64,000 nucleotides of DNA from an uncultured delta proteobacterium (GCA_963796685.1 CAWCMR010000009.1:1-64000), one strand, 5' to 3'; positions 30,794-41,917 are shown, counted from the first letter of the stretch. Made by a program: numbers and translations. Notes: generated by a model from the sequence alone, not told the origin.

Positions 30794-32548
30794 CCGTGGC
30801 CGTGCCTCACCCACACAACGCCCGACACCCGCATCACGCACCTTCCGTGACCTGCTTGCCGAGAACCCTCCTTCATGGAGGCAGCCGCATGCGCAAAACC
30901 TGCGACCGGCTACACCTATGCCCGCCGGGAGCCGGAGAAGACCGCGCTCTTCCAGGTGCTCCAGCAGCACCTGCTCACCTTCGAGCAAGAGTGGACCGAC
31001 AAGTCCGACGGCCGCACGCTGCCCAGCTTCGTCACCGACGAGCTACACGACTTTCTAGGGTGCGGAATCTTGGCGCGAGGCTTCGCACAATTCTTGTGCA
31101 AAACCTGCCACGAGCGGTACGTTGTGGCCTGGAGCTGTAAGGGTCGTGGCTTCTGTCCGAGCTGCGGAGGCAGACGCATGAACGCGGGTGCGCTGACTCT
31201 GGTCGATCACGTGCTGCCCGAAGTGCCCATCCGACAATTCGTGCTCACCCTGCCTTTCCCGCTGAGATTTCCCTTGGCCTTCGACGGGAAATTGCTGGGC
31301 CAAGTCCTGCGCATCTTCATCGACACCGTCGCGTCCAACTATCGCAAGCGCCTGGCAGATCGGGGCATCCCCGACGGCGAGTGCGGCGCCGTCACGGTCA
31401 TCCAGCGCGCCAACAGCGACCTGCGTCTCTCACCGCATTTTCACGTTCTCCAGCTCGATGGAGCGTACGCCCCTGGGCCCGACGGCGGTGCGCCCATCTT
31501 CCACCCGGCTCCGGAACTTACCCAAGAGGACATCCTTGCCATCGTCGCGCGCGCCAGTAAGCGCATCCTCCGCTTCCTCCAACGTCGCGGGGTCATCACC
31601 CTGGTGACCGCGCCAGGCGACGGCGAGATCACCGTCGTCACCGACGAGACCATCGGCGAGAAGGATCCGCTCCTGGCTCGCTTGTTGGCCGCCGCCACCG
31701 CTGGCGCCTCGCCTGCCGGCCCTGCGCACAAGCGGGCTCCCGTGCGCATCGTGCTCGACCCTGGCGCCACGCCCGTGGCCAAGGGCAAACTATGCGGCCA
31801 GCAAGCAGGCTTCAACCTGCATGCTCAAACCAAAGTCGCCGCCAACGACAAGAAGGGTCGCGAAAACCTGTGCAAGTACATCTTGCGCCCGCCTCTCGCC
31901 AACGACCGCCTCAAGATCCTCGACGACAAAACCGTCAGGCTCGACTTCAAGAAGCCCTGGACGGATGGCACCTCGTCGGTCGACCTTGCGCCGCTCGCCC
32001 TCATTGCCAGGCTAGCCGCGATCATCCCTCCTCCTCGTCGCCATGTCGTCAGATATTCGGGGGTTATCTCCTCGCACAGCTCTCTCCGCAGCCAGGTCGT
32101 CCCCGTCCCCGCCGTGGCGGCACCCGAGGAAAAGGACAAGCCTTCACTGCCGCTCTCGCACTATATTTCTTGGAGCCAGCTCCTCAAAAAGACATTCGAG
32201 ATCGACACCGTCTGCCCTCGCTGCAAGAGCCCGCTGCATCTCATCGCCATGATCGAGACCGAGGACACCATCAAGAAGATTCTCAAAGCCATGGGACTGC
32301 CTACCGAGGCGCCCAAACTCCGGCCTGCACGACCGCCGCCCTCGCAATCTGGTGGCGAGGGCGGAGACTGGCTGAACTGACGGCACGTCGACCAGGGCGG
32401 GTTGGAGTAGACTGCCCTGCGTGCTCGAGAAAGACCCCGTCAGGCCCCAGAAACCCGGTCACGTGCGCCGTACCGACGTGATCGGGGCCAACCTAATGCG
32501 GCCCGGCAGGGTTCTCAGACGCTCAAAAACCCCCTTCGAATCGCCTAT
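30794..32548 (+). mobile_element. IS copy 3 (shortest; starts at copy-1 position 7532)
   Basis: identity boundaries; ends GCCTAT followed by GGCC. Confidence 0.9.
30875..32380 (+). CDS. IS91-family transposase, copy 3
   Basis: 501 aa, one S>T change. Confidence 0.95.
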   Translation: MEAAACAKPATGYTYARREPEKTALFQVLQQHLLTFEQEWTDKSDGRTLPSFVTDELHDFLGCGILARGFAQFLCKTCHERYVVAWSCKGRGFCPSCGGRRMNAGALTLVDHVLPEVPIRQFVLTLPFPLRFPLAFDGKLLGQVLRIFIDTVASNYRKRLADRGIPDGECGAVTVIQRANSDLRLSPHFHVLQLDGAYAPGPDGGAPIFHPAPELTQEDILAIVARASKRILRFLQRRGVITLVTAPGDGEITVVTDETIGEKDPLLARLLAAATAGASPAGPAHKRAPVRIVLDPGATPVAKGKLCGQQAGFNLHAQTKVAANDKKGRENLCKYILRPPLANDRLKILDDKTVRLDFKKPWTDGTSSVDLAPLALIARLAAIIPPPRRHVVRYSGVISSHSSLRSQVVPVPAVAAPEEKDKPSLPLSHYISWSQLLKKTFEIDTVCPRCKSPLHLIAMIETEDTIKKILKAMGLPTEAPKLRPARPPPSQSGGEGGDWLN

Positions 32549-32755
32549 GGCCCGGCCGGAGCGCGAGAGATACCCAAATCCTGCCGTCGTGGACGCAACC
32601 CAACCGGCCAGGCACGAGGCATGCGTCTTTCGGTGAAGGCCTCGTGCTGGCCTGCAGTCAGGCGGGAGTAGGGATGTGGCTTCCTGACCGGATCGCGGGT
32701 ACCCACTTGGGCCGAGGTTCCGGCCGAGCCTGAGAAGAAGGTCGATGGGTCATGC

Positions 32756-32818
32756 GTCCAACGCCTTGGCGTTCAGCGGCGCCGCGCAAGCGGCGTCCGC
32801 TGCAACGCCTTGTTCGAC
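32756..32818 (-). other. integron attC site
   Basis: minus GTCGAAC…GTTGCAGCGGACGCCGC TTGC GCGGCGCCGCTGAAC…GTTGGAC. Confidence 0.9.
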
Positions 32819-32831
32819 GGCTTCGTCGTCC

Positions 32832-33281
32832 TCATTCCGGAGGAATCTGCGCGAGGAGTATTTGAGCGTCGTACACAAGATATCCCGGCGGAGCTTGAGC
32901 GGCCTCCTGAGCGGTCACCATCGTAATGTCGAGCCGCTGACTGGGCTTGTTTATGGTAGTCACGCCGCCACCGGAGCAGTTTGTGTAGGGCCCGTTCGAG
33001 TAGCAGTTCACTGGCTGTTGGATGTTCATCTGCCTGACACTTTGGTTTTCGCCAGCAACATAGAACGCTTGATATCCGGACGCGAGCGTCAGCTCCGCGG
33101 CTCGGCGGAGAGCAAACGTATGAGCTCGTTCTGGAGACGTGTAGCCGTTCCCGGCAAAACTGACTTGCCATGCCCGCTCGCTGAGACGCAGCTCCGAATA
33201 GCCGCCTGCAATCCCAGACGCGTGGTAGCCAGTGGCACAACCGACCAACGTGCAAACGATGAGAAGGTTTCGCAGCTTCAT
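32832..33281 (-). CDS. gene-cassette lipoprotein
   Basis: LVGC lipobox; GGYSE…FAGNGYTS…LRRAAELT; followed by attC. Confidence 0.85.
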   Translation of the reverse strand: MKLRNLLIVCTLVGCATGYHASGIAGGYSELRLSERAWQVSFAGNGYTSPERAHTFALRRAAELTLASGYQAFYVAGENQSVRQMNIQQPVNCYSNGPYTNCSGGGVTTINKPSQRLDITMVTAQEAAQAPPGYLVYDAQILLAQIPPE

Positions 33282-33320
33282 TTGTGCATCGTCTCCGGCT
33301 TTGATCCAATGTGCAAGTCC

Positions 33321-33360
33321 GTCGAACTATCTCTTAGCCCGCGAGGAATAACTATATCCC
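33321..33360 (-). other. attI site, 3' of intI
   Basis: minus GTTCGAC (33327-33321) is complementary to R'' GTCGAAC of the cassette's attC. Confidence 0.7.
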
Positions 33361-33499
33361 AGCTGCAGGCGCGGCGCAATCATCTACCGACTTCACTTCC
33401 AACATTCATGATGCCGCGTACTTAGCCGAACCAGCTGACTTCCTGGCATGGGGCGGTTGTCGGATAAAACCGATTCGTCTCGCAGGCTGGGGATGGCTA

Positions 33500-34546
33500 T
33501 CAGCGGTCCAAGGGGCTCCGCACGCCGCAGCCTCCTCGGTTGAGGACGTGTGTGTAGATCATCGTCGTGCTCACGTCGCGGTGGCCGAGCAGTTCTTGGA
33601 TGGTGCGGATGTCGTAGCCGTCTTCCAGGAGGTGGGTCGCGAAGGAATGACGCAGCGTGTGCGGGCTGACCGGTTTGGTAATGCCTGCGGCGATGGCGGC
33701 CTTGCGGACGGCGCGCTGGATGACGGTTTCGTGAAGGTGGTGGCGGTGTACATCGCCGGTTGCGGGGTCGGTATAGGTGCGCGTGGCGGGAAAGATCCAT
33801 TGCCAATTCCATTCCCGAGGGGCGCTTGGGTACTTTCTGGCCAGTGCCTCGGGCAAGAAGACGGCGCCCGCGCCCAGGGCCAGATCGGCCTCGTGTTGGG
33901 TTTTGACGGAGGCAAGATGGGAACGCAGTGTCTCGATAAGCGCGCTGGGAAGAACGGTTCGGCGGTCTTTCTGGCCTTTGCCACAACGGACGGTGATTTC
34001 GCGCCGGTCGAGGTCGATGTCTTTCACCCGAAGGCGCAGGGCTTCGAGCAAGCGTAGGCCAGCGCCATAGAGGAGTGCACAGACCAACCACACTGGGCCT
34101 TGTAAACGCGCGAGCACATCACGCACCTCCGGTCGGCCAAGCACGACGGGGACCTTCTTGGGTCGTTTGGCGTGAACAAGGTCGCCCAACCATTCCAGCT
34201 CGCGTCCGAGTACCTGTTGATAGAGAAAAAGCAGTGCGGCCAGCGCCTGGTTCTGTGTGGAAGCGCTGACTTTCGCTTCGCTGGCCAGGTTGGAGAGGTA
34301 GGCGCCAACCTCGACACTGCTCATCTCGTCAGGGTGGCGCTTGCTGTGAAATAGGATGAACCGGCGGATCCAGCCGACATAGGCCTTTTCGGTTCGCCTG
34401 CTGTAGTGCCGGGCACGTAGTCCAGCGCGCACTCGGTCAAGCAAACGCGGCGGCCGGGCCGAATCCTGGCCGGCATGTCCGGTTCCTGGCCGCACAAGTG
34501 GGATGATGGTTGCGCCTTGGCTGGAATCTTGGTCGTCAATTCGCAT
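33500..34546 (-). CDS. intI: integron integrase
   Basis: [17 protein letters not shown], IntI-specific insertion [10 protein letters not shown]…[20 protein letters not shown]…TTMIYTH. Confidence 0.95.
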   Translation of the reverse strand: MRIDDQDSSQGATIIPLVRPGTGHAGQDSARPPRLLDRVRAGLRARHYSRRTEKAYVGWIRRFILFHSKRHPDEMSSVEVGAYLSNLASEAKVSASTQNQALAALLFLYQQVLGRELEWLGDLVHAKRPKKVPVVLGRPEVRDVLARLQGPVWLVCALLYGAGLRLLEALRLRVKDIDLDRREITVRCGKGQKDRRTVLPSALIETLRSHLASVKTQHEADLALGAGAVFLPEALARKYPSAPREWNWQWIFPATRTYTDPATGDVHRHHLHETVIQRAVRKAAIAAGITKPVSPHTLRHSFATHLLEDGYDIRTIQELLGHRDVSTTMIYTHVLNRGGCGVRSPLDR

Positions 34547-34559
34547 GGACAACCAACAT

Positions 34560-35160
34560 TGCGAAGACCATGCCATTGCCGGCTCCCAGCGCCAGCGTGC
34601 GCCAGTTCTCCTCGGAGTTCATGCCGGCGTCGCCCACGAACACGCAACGGCCCAGTCGCCAGCCGCGCAAGTCCTGTTTCACCTTCTCGACCGTGGTTAC
34701 GTCCACGGTGTTTCCCGGGAAGACCCACGACCGCACGGGCAGGCCGTCCCGCGTGACCGCCAGACCCACCACCAACTGTGGAACGTCGCCGCGACCATTC
34801 TTCGAATGTCCGCGTTTTCGCAACGCCTCGTATTTCTGTCGACCTGCCAACTTGTTCCCGAGCCTAGGCGCGCTGTCCTCTTCGTCGATCTCGAAATGCA
34901 GCGACGTCGTGTCATAGAAAATGACGTCTACGTCTGCGTTCATCAAGTCCGCCATGCGGAAGAAAACCTCGCGCTCGACGTGCGCCTTGTGTGCCTCCAG
35001 AAAATCCATCGCCCGGTAAAGGTGCTGCAATTCCAGCTTCTCCTTGTCCGGCAGAAACACTTCTTCGGGCAGCCACTGTTGTCGGCAGTAAAGCTTCGAG
35101 CACGGCTTGCTGGTCCGGTTAGCCACCATCGCAAACAACGCGCGCTCGAACGGCTGCTCA
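34560..35160 (-). pseudogene. IS1634-family transposase fragment
   Basis: LQHLYRAMD, FYDTTS, RGHSKNGR, VFPGNTVD, VGDAGM. Confidence 0.85.
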
Positions 35161-36977
35161 GGGAGAGCACGGAAGGCGGAGGAGGGCGCGGAGGGCGGAG
35201 AAGCTCGGGAAGGTTTTGCCGACCGTGGCCGTGCCTCACCCACACAACGCCCGACACCCGCATCACGCACCTTCCGTGACCTGCTTGCCGAGAACCCTCC
35301 TTCATGGAGGCAGCCGCATGCGCAAAACCTGCGACCGGCTACACCTATGCCCGCCGGGAGCCGGAGAAGACCGCGCTCTTCCAGGTGCTCCAGCAGCACC
35401 TGCTCACCTTCGAGCAAGAGTGGACCGACAAGTCCGACGGCCGCACGCTGCCCAGCTTCGTCACCGACGAGCTACACGACTTTCTAGGGTGCGGAATCTT
35501 GGCGCGAGGCTTCGCACAATTCTTGTGCAAAACCTGCCACGAGCGGTACGTTGTGGCCTGGAGCTGTAAGGGTCGTGGCTTCTGTCCGAGCTGCGGAGGC
35601 AGACGCATGAACGCGGGTGCGCTGACTCTGGTCGATCACGTGCTGCCCGAAGTGCCCATCCGACAATTCGTGCTCACCCTGCCTTTCCCGCTGAGATTTC
35701 CCTTGGCCTTCGACGGGAAATTGCTGGGCCAAGTCCTGCGCATCTTCATCGACACCGTCGCGTCCAACTATCGCAAGCGCCTGGCAGATCGGGGCATCCC
35801 CGACGGCGAGTGCGGCGCCGTCACGGTCATCCAGCGCGCCAACAGCGACCTGCGTCTCTCACCGCATTTTCACGTTCTCCAGCTCGATGGAGCGTACGCC
35901 CCTGGGCCCGACGGCGGTGCGCCCATCTTCCACCCGGCTCCGGAACTTACCCAAGAGGACATCCTTGCCATCGTCGCGCGCGCCAGTAAGCGCATCCTCC
36001 GCTTCCTCCAACGTCGCGGGGTCATCACCCTGGTGACCGCGCCAGGCGACGGCGAGATCACCGTCGTCACCGACGAGACCATCGGCGAGAAGGATCCGCT
36101 CCTGGCTCGCTTGTTGGCCGCCGCCACCGCTGGCGCCTCGCCTGCCGGCCCTGCGCACAAGCGGGCTCCCGTGCGCATCGTGCTCGACCCTGGCGCCACG
36201 CCCGTGGCCAAGGGCAAACTATGCGGCCAGCAAGCAGGCTTCAACCTGCATGCTCAAACCAAAGTCGCCGCCAACGACAAGAAGGGTCGCGAAAACCTGT
36301 GCAAGTACATCTTGCGCCCGCCTCTCGCCAACGACCGCCTCAAGATCCTCGACGACAAAACCGTCAGGCTCGACTTCAAGAAGCCCTGGTCGGATGGCAC
36401 ATCGTCGGTCGACCTTGCGCCGCTCGCCCTCATTGCGAGGCTAGCCGCGATCATCCCTCCTCCTCGTCGCCATGTCGTCAGATATTCGGGGGTTATCTCC
36501 TCGCACAGCTCTCTCCGCAGCCAGGTCGTCCCCGTCCCCGCCGTGGCGGCACCCGAGGAAAAGGACAAGCCTTCACTGCCGCTCTCGCACTATATTTCTT
36601 GGAGCCAGCTCCTCAAAAAGACATTCGAGATCGACACCGTCTGCCCTCGCTGCAAGAGCCCGCTGCATCTCATCGCCATGATCGAGACCGAGGACACCAT
36701 CAAGAAGATTCTCAAAGCCATGGGACTGCCTACCGAGGCGCCCAAACTCCGGCCTGCACGACCGCCGCCCTCGCAATCTGGTGGCGAGGGCGGAGACTGG
36801 CTGAACTGACGGCACGTCGACCAGGGCGGGTTGGAGTAGACTGCCCTGCGTGCTCGAGAAAGACCCCGTCAGGCCCCAGAAACCCGGTCACGTGCGCTGC
36901 GCAGACGTGATCGGGGCCGACCTGACGCGTCCTGGCAGGGTTCTCAGACGCTCAAAAACCCCCTTCGAATCGCCTAT
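35161..36977 (+). mobile_element. IS copy 4 (no suf cargo)
   Basis: starts at a variant of the purine-rich left motif; ends GCCTAT followed by GGCC. Confidence 0.9.
35304..36809 (+). CDS. IS91-family transposase, copy 4
   Basis: 501 aa, identical protein. Confidence 0.95.
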   Translation: MEAAACAKPATGYTYARREPEKTALFQVLQQHLLTFEQEWTDKSDGRTLPSFVTDELHDFLGCGILARGFAQFLCKTCHERYVVAWSCKGRGFCPSCGGRRMNAGALTLVDHVLPEVPIRQFVLTLPFPLRFPLAFDGKLLGQVLRIFIDTVASNYRKRLADRGIPDGECGAVTVIQRANSDLRLSPHFHVLQLDGAYAPGPDGGAPIFHPAPELTQEDILAIVARASKRILRFLQRRGVITLVTAPGDGEITVVTDETIGEKDPLLARLLAAATAGASPAGPAHKRAPVRIVLDPGATPVAKGKLCGQQAGFNLHAQTKVAANDKKGRENLCKYILRPPLANDRLKILDDKTVRLDFKKPWSDGTSSVDLAPLALIARLAAIIPPPRRHVVRYSGVISSHSSLRSQVVPVPAVAAPEEKDKPSLPLSHYISWSQLLKKTFEIDTVCPRCKSPLHLIAMIETEDTIKKILKAMGLPTEAPKLRPARPPPSQSGGEGGDWLN

Positions 36978-37319
36978 GGCCATACGCACAGCTTGCAGCG
37001 ACTCTTCACCATCCTTGAGCCCCGTCTGAAGTTGGTTACCCCTGACGAAGAGATTCCGGAGGATGTTCGATCTTCGGTATTCCAGCTTCACAATATGGAT
37101 CCCACCGGAGAGGTGTTTCGATATCCACGAAGAAGGGGCAAGGATGAGCCAATCTTCAATACGCAGACCTGGTTTGATATCGGTCGGATCGTTGAAAGGC
37201 TCGGACAATCGATTCGGTTCCTCTCCGATGGCATCGGAGGATGGTTGGCCTACGAAATAGGCTCGATGAACGACTACATCTCCTTCCTCGAATCTGAGAG
37301 CTACGACTGGAACGAGTAG
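36978..37319 (+). pseudogene. 5'-truncated gene, possibly HEPN-like
   Basis: frame open from the IS junction: GHTHSLQRLF…DPTGEVFRYP. Confidence 0.5.
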
Positions 37320-37448
37320 CCCGGACGTATTCCGCCCACGCAGAGAGAGGGATTCCGCGGGCGTGCATTTCGTAAGCTGTCGTCTTACTGTCGTGGTGTG
37401 ACTGGCCGGACAAAGCGAAGCTCTGAGACAGCAAAGGAGGCTACCCAC

Positions 37449-38126
37449 ATGAACGCTGTCATCGCTTCAAACATCCGCCAGCACCGAGAGACCCTTACAT
37501 GGACCCAAGAGCAGCTGGCACAGGCCGCCAGCATCAGCCCGCGAACTGTTCAGCGCGCCGAGGAAGGCCGAGGCTTGAGCGCAGAGACCCTTCTCGCCAT
37601 CGCAGGGGCGATGAATATCTCTGTCGAGGCGCTTCGGTTCGATTTCGATTCCGCCATGGCAACCTTGCTGGGCGTCCGACTAGAGGAAGTCACCGAGGAA
37701 CTCATCGCGAACAAGCTCGCGGAGGCCCAGGCCAAATACCTGGTCATTCCACTTGCAGTCGTTCGCACGGCGGAGAACCTTCGGCCTCTGTTTACGGCCG
37801 ACGCCATGTGTTTCGAGAGTCGGACCGGGCTACCTACAGCGGAGCCCATCGTCGCCGCACTGGAAACCGATCTCCGCGACTATCTCGATATTGGCTCCGA
37901 TCTGAATCCCGTCCAACGTCACGAGGCCGCGGTGTCTGTCCTAGAGATCGTCGGGCGCCTCAACACCCTTGGCGTCGCGGTATCCCTGGGAATGCGACGC
38001 CAGCGCCTTCGTTTTGGCGAAGGCGCCCCCGCGCTGTGGACAATCGCATACTTCGTGCTGACGCCAGCATCCGAACCATCCCGCTGCGCGCTGGTCGAGA
38101 AGAACGTGTCTTTCCAGCTAGCCTAG
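37449..38126 (+). CDS. XRE-family HTH regulator
   Basis: AAGGAGG RBS; WTQEQLAQAASISPRTVQRAEEG. Confidence 0.85.
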   Translation: MNAVIASNIRQHRETLTWTQEQLAQAASISPRTVQRAEEGRGLSAETLLAIAGAMNISVEALRFDFDSAMATLLGVRLEEVTEELIANKLAEAQAKYLVIPLAVVRTAENLRPLFTADAMCFESRTGLPTAEPIVAALETDLRDYLDIGSDLNPVQRHEAAVSVLEIVGRLNTLGVAVSLGMRRQRLRFGEGAPALWTIAYFVLTPASEPSRCALVEKNVSFQLA

Positions 38127-38146
38127 TGCCGCGACGCCGGAGCGGC

Positions 38147-38893
38147 CTAGCGACCTCCTGGGAGTGAACGATTGGGACCGAACAGACTCATGCTGGGGAC
38201 GGCGGGCTTAGCTCCTTTGCGCTTCTTACGGGCCGGCGGAACTGACGAAAGCCGTGCTGGTATTGAACTGGTCTGTTCAGGAGTCAATGCAGCCCCCGTC
38301 GACTTCGCTGAGGGCTGCTGTGGGACAGCAGAAGACCGGGGCCTCCGCTTTCCCGTGATGGGCTGCTGTGGCGTGTACTCCGAGTGAAAGGGCGCGTCGA
38401 CCTTGATCTTGGCTTGGCGCAAAGTGGACTTCTTTCGCGAGTGATCTCCGTCGGCGGGATCATCGCCCCAGAAGGAATCATCATGGGTGTAGATCCTCGC
38501 GATTCCGGCCTGAATAATGGCATTGCAGCACGCCAGGCAGGGAAATTTTGTTACGTAAATCGTCGCCCCTTGAAGAGCAATTCCGACGCGAGCGGCGTTG
38601 TGGATTGCATTCTGCTCGGCGTGACAGATTAGGCGAAGCTTCTCGTCCGTGTTTGAGAGGAGTTTCGGGTCGTCGAAGACTTGACGTGCAAATCCGTTGA
38701 ACCCTGTGGAAAGGATTTGCTCGTCTCGAACGATCACAGCACCGACACGGCACTTTGGATCTTTGGACTTACGTCCGGCGGTCAATGCCATCTCCAACCA
38801 ATACTCGTCCCATCTATCAATGTAGGGCGCAACATCCACCGGAAGGACTGTCGTCACAACCTCAGGATTCGTCATAGCTTCACAGTTTGACAC
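38147..38893 (-). CDS. dCMP deaminase-family protein
   Basis: SKDP…VGAVIV…GFNG, HAEQNAI, PCLACC. Confidence 0.9.
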   Translation of the reverse strand: MSNCEAMTNPEVVTTVLPVDVAPYIDRWDEYWLEMALTAGRKSKDPKCRVGAVIVRDEQILSTGFNGFARQVFDDPKLLSNTDEKLRLICHAEQNAIHNAARVGIALQGATIYVTKFPCLACCNAIIQAGIARIYTHDDSFWGDDPADGDHSRKKSTLRQAKIKVDAPFHSEYTPQQPITGKRRPRSSAVPQQPSAKSTGAALTPEQTSSIPARLSSVPPARKKRKGAKPAVPSMSLFGPNRSLPGGR

Positions 38894-38980
38894 GATGCCG
38901 GTTGCGCTGCCAGTCAGTCCAGCTAATAGGAACCTCTATGCCTACATGAGCAACGCGCACCGACACCATCCCCGCAGCCG

Positions 38981-39460
38981 TCACCGCCCACCTTCCCCGC
39001 CACACAGCCGCAGCCATCGCGCCTCAACCATCGCCGTTGTCGCACTCGGGGCGACGTGGGTGTACCGCTCGGTAGACGCGCTATCGCTGTGCCCGAGCAG
39101 CGTCCCGATGACCTTCTGGCCGGCGCCCATGACGGCGTAGCTGCTGCCGGCGGTGTGGCGGGCGCCGTGGCTCGTGATGCGGCGGACGCCGGCCTCTTTC
39201 GCGAGGTCGCGATACCAGCGATTCAAAACCTTGTTCGAGAGCACGCCGCCACGAGGATCCGGGAAGAGAAGCTGGTCCTCGGTCCGCAGCATGAACCGCT
39301 GCAACTCGTCGGCCAGCGCTCGCGGGATGACCTGAAATCTGGTGCGCTTGTTCTTCGGCGTGGACACGATCGTCCTCGCCTGGGAGCGACGAATCCAGAG
39401 CCCTGGTGTTTGAAGATCGAGGTCTACCTTCGTCAACGCCCTCACCTCGCTGAGGCGCAC
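38981..39460 (-). pseudogene. tyrosine recombinase C-terminal fragment
   Basis: RLSEVRAL, TPKNK, HGARHT, LLGH…TERYTH; no N-terminus. Confidence 0.75.
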
Positions 39461-39594
39461 TGCCCGGCATACTGCGCGCTTGGAGAAAATGTCACGCCGA
39501 TGTGGACGATTTCCCGACGGGCCAAGTCCACGATCACGAAGCAGCAACGCACAGAGCTTGATTAAATTGGCTCGATTGACAAGACGGTCAAGTA

Positions 39595-40668
39595 ATGCTA
39601 TTTAGTCAAGCGATGGAAGCGCGGCGTGAGCATGACCGTCTGGCAGGGAAGGTGCCCGACATGCTGGCCGAGCTCCTTGGGGTCGATCACGCCGCACTGG
39701 AAGTGCAGGCCGAACCCGCGTGCGGGGCCGCTCTGGTCGTCACCGCGGGCCCGACCTTCGTCGTCGAGGTGAAGTGGTCCACCAGCGCCGGCGCGCTGGC
39801 CGCGACCGCGGAACAGGCCAAGGAGCATGCTTCCCGCCTTCGTCGCAAAACGGTTGTCCCGCTCGTGGCAGTCCCCTTCATGGGTGAAGTCGGCCGCAAG
39901 ACCTGTGAGGATGCAGGCGTCGCATGGATCGACCTGTCCGGCAACGCGCGTATCATCGCCCCGGGCATCCGCGTGATCGTCGAGGGGAAGCCCAACCGGT
40001 TCAAGACCGCCGGGCGGCCACGGAACCTGTTCGCCCCCAAGAGCTCGCGCATCATCCGCTGGTTGCTGATCAACGCCGGGAAGTACCTCACCCAACGCGA
40101 GATCACCCGCGCCACCGGCCTCGACGAAGGCATGGTCAGTCGTTTGGTCGCGCGACTAACGGCGGACGAGTACCTGATTCGCGACGAGCAGGGCGGCGTA
40201 CGTGCAAAATCGCCTGAGCTCTTGCTGGACGCCTGGCGCGAGGCGGACGAGTTCTCGAAGCACACCGTGCATCGCGGGCATGTCGCAGCTCGCTCGGGAG
40301 ACCTGCTCCTACGCCTTGTCGTCGACACCCTCACCGAGCGCGGACACGAGCACGCGGCCACGGGACTTGCCGCTGCCTGGGCGATGACCCGTTTTGCCTC
40401 GTTCCGCATCACGACTGTCTACCTGCCGACGGATCCATCGCCCGAGCTGATCGAACAGCTCGGCTTCCGAGCGGATGAGCGTGGGGCGAACCTGTGGTTG
40501 GTCGTCCCGAGCGACCCGGGCGTGTTCCAGGGCGCCGTCGACAAGGATGGCATCAGGTGCGTCCATCCCGTCCAGGTTTACGTCGATCTCAAGGCTCACC
40601 CTGAGCGGGCCAGCGAAGCCGCAGAGCGCCTGCGAGCCGAGCTGCTGACCTGGAGGCACGATGGCTGA
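39595..40668 (+). CDS. AbiEi-like (type IV TA) antitoxin/regulator
   Basis: central wHTH, LLDAW, HPVQVYVDL…ERASEAAE; coupled to a nucleotidyltransferase. Confidence 0.7.
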   Translation: MLFSQAMEARREHDRLAGKVPDMLAELLGVDHAALEVQAEPACGAALVVTAGPTFVVEVKWSTSAGALAATAEQAKEHASRLRRKTVVPLVAVPFMGEVGRKTCEDAGVAWIDLSGNARIIAPGIRVIVEGKPNRFKTAGRPRNLFAPKSSRIIRWLLINAGKYLTQREITRATGLDEGMVSRLVARLTADEYLIRDEQGGVRAKSPELLLDAWREADEFSKHTVHRGHVAARSGDLLLRLVVDTLTERGHEHAATGLAAAWAMTRFASFRITTVYLPTDPSPELIEQLGFRADERGANLWLVVPSDPGVFQGAVDKDGIRCVHPVQVYVDLKAHPERASEAAERLRAELLTWRHDG

Positions 40669-41608
40669 CAAACCGAAGCGAGCCTCGGAGTACGGGAGCG
40701 CGCAGGTCGCGCTCGTGCGGTCGACCTGCCTCTACGTCGCGACCAAGCTCGGCGACATGATGGACGATGTCGTGGTCGTCGGCGGGCTCGTCCCGTCTTT
40801 GCTCATCGACCAAGGTGCATTGCCCGAGGGCGTGGCCGCGCATGTCGGCACGATGGATCTCGACGTCGGGCTCAAGCTGGCCCTGCTCGACGAAGGACGC
40901 TATCGCACGCTGACCGAGCGCCTGCGCGACGCCGGCTTCGTGCCCGACCAAACCGACGAGGGACGGCCGGCGCGGCAGCGTTGGCGAGCTGCCAGCCTCG
41001 GCGCGGTGACGGTGGACTTCTTGATCCCGCCGTCTATGCCGAACGACCAGGGCGGCAAGCTCCGCAACATCGAGAAGGACTTCGCTGCCATCATCGCGCC
41101 CGGTTTGAAGCTAGCCTTCCAGGACCGTCGACGCGTCCGCATCGAGGGCAAGACCATCTCCGGCGAGAAGGCAGCACGCGCGGTGTGGGTCTGCGGGCCA
41201 GGGGCTTTCGTGGTGCTCAAAGCGCTCGCCTTTCTTGGTAGAGGCGAGAACAAGGACGCCTACGACCTCTACTACCTGATCCGGAACTTCGGTGCCGGCA
41301 TCGGTGAGGTAGCTGCCTGCCTGCAACCGCTGTTGGCCGACGATGAGGCCAAGAAGGCTGTCCAGATCCTCCGCGACGACTTCCTCCTCCACGACGGCAT
41401 CGGTCCCCGTCGGGTCGCGGAGTTCCTGCAAGGCGAGGCCGACGACGAGATCCAGGCCGACGTGGTCGGCTTCGTACGGGAGTTGCTGAACCGCTGCACC
41501 GCCATCGACTACGTCGAGTCGTTCGGCATGGCCGCCATCGAACGCTACGAGGCCGAGCTGCGATCACGTGACCGTGTACCTCGACGTCAAGGACGGTGTC
41601 GTCCGTGA
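40661..41608 (+). CDS. AbiEii-like nucleotidyltransferase; C-terminus replaced by captured sufS sequence after 41496
   Basis: VVGG…GTMDLD, LK…KDAYD motifs. Confidence 0.75.
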   Translation: MADKPKRASEYGSAQVALVRSTCLYVATKLGDMMDDVVVVGGLVPSLLIDQGALPEGVAAHVGTMDLDVGLKLALLDEGRYRTLTERLRDAGFVPDQTDEGRPARQRWRAASLGAVTVDFLIPPSMPNDQGGKLRNIEKDFAAIIAPGLKLAFQDRRRVRIEGKTISGEKAARAVWVCGPGAFVVLKALAFLGRGENKDAYDLYYLIRNFGAGIGEVAACLQPLLADDEAKKAVQILRDDFLLHDGIGPRRVAEFLQGEADDEIQADVVGFVRELLNRCTAIDYVESFGMAAIERYEAELRSRDRVPRRQGRCRP

Positions 41609-41917
41609 CATCAGCTTCCAAGGCGAGGGCTGCGCCATCGCCAGGGCGTCGGCGTCCATGATGACGTCGGTGGTGAAGGGAAAGTCCTTGGCCGACGCCT
41701 CCGAGACCTTCAAGCGCTTCCGCCAGATGATCACCGGCGGCCAGGATCCCTGCTTCGACCTCGAAGACCTGGGCAAGCTCGCCGCGTTCTCCGACGTAAG
41801 CGCGTTCCCCGTGCGGGTCAAGTGCGCAAGCCTCGCCTGGCACACCTTGAACGCGGCCATGCACGAGACCACGACCGAGCCCACCAGCGGCAGCGAGCCC
41901 AGCAAGGAGCCCTAAAA

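Noticed and set aside
34536-35417. 293-aa intact transposase
   Set aside because: The N-terminus is antisense IS copy 4 fused to an internal IS1634 fragment
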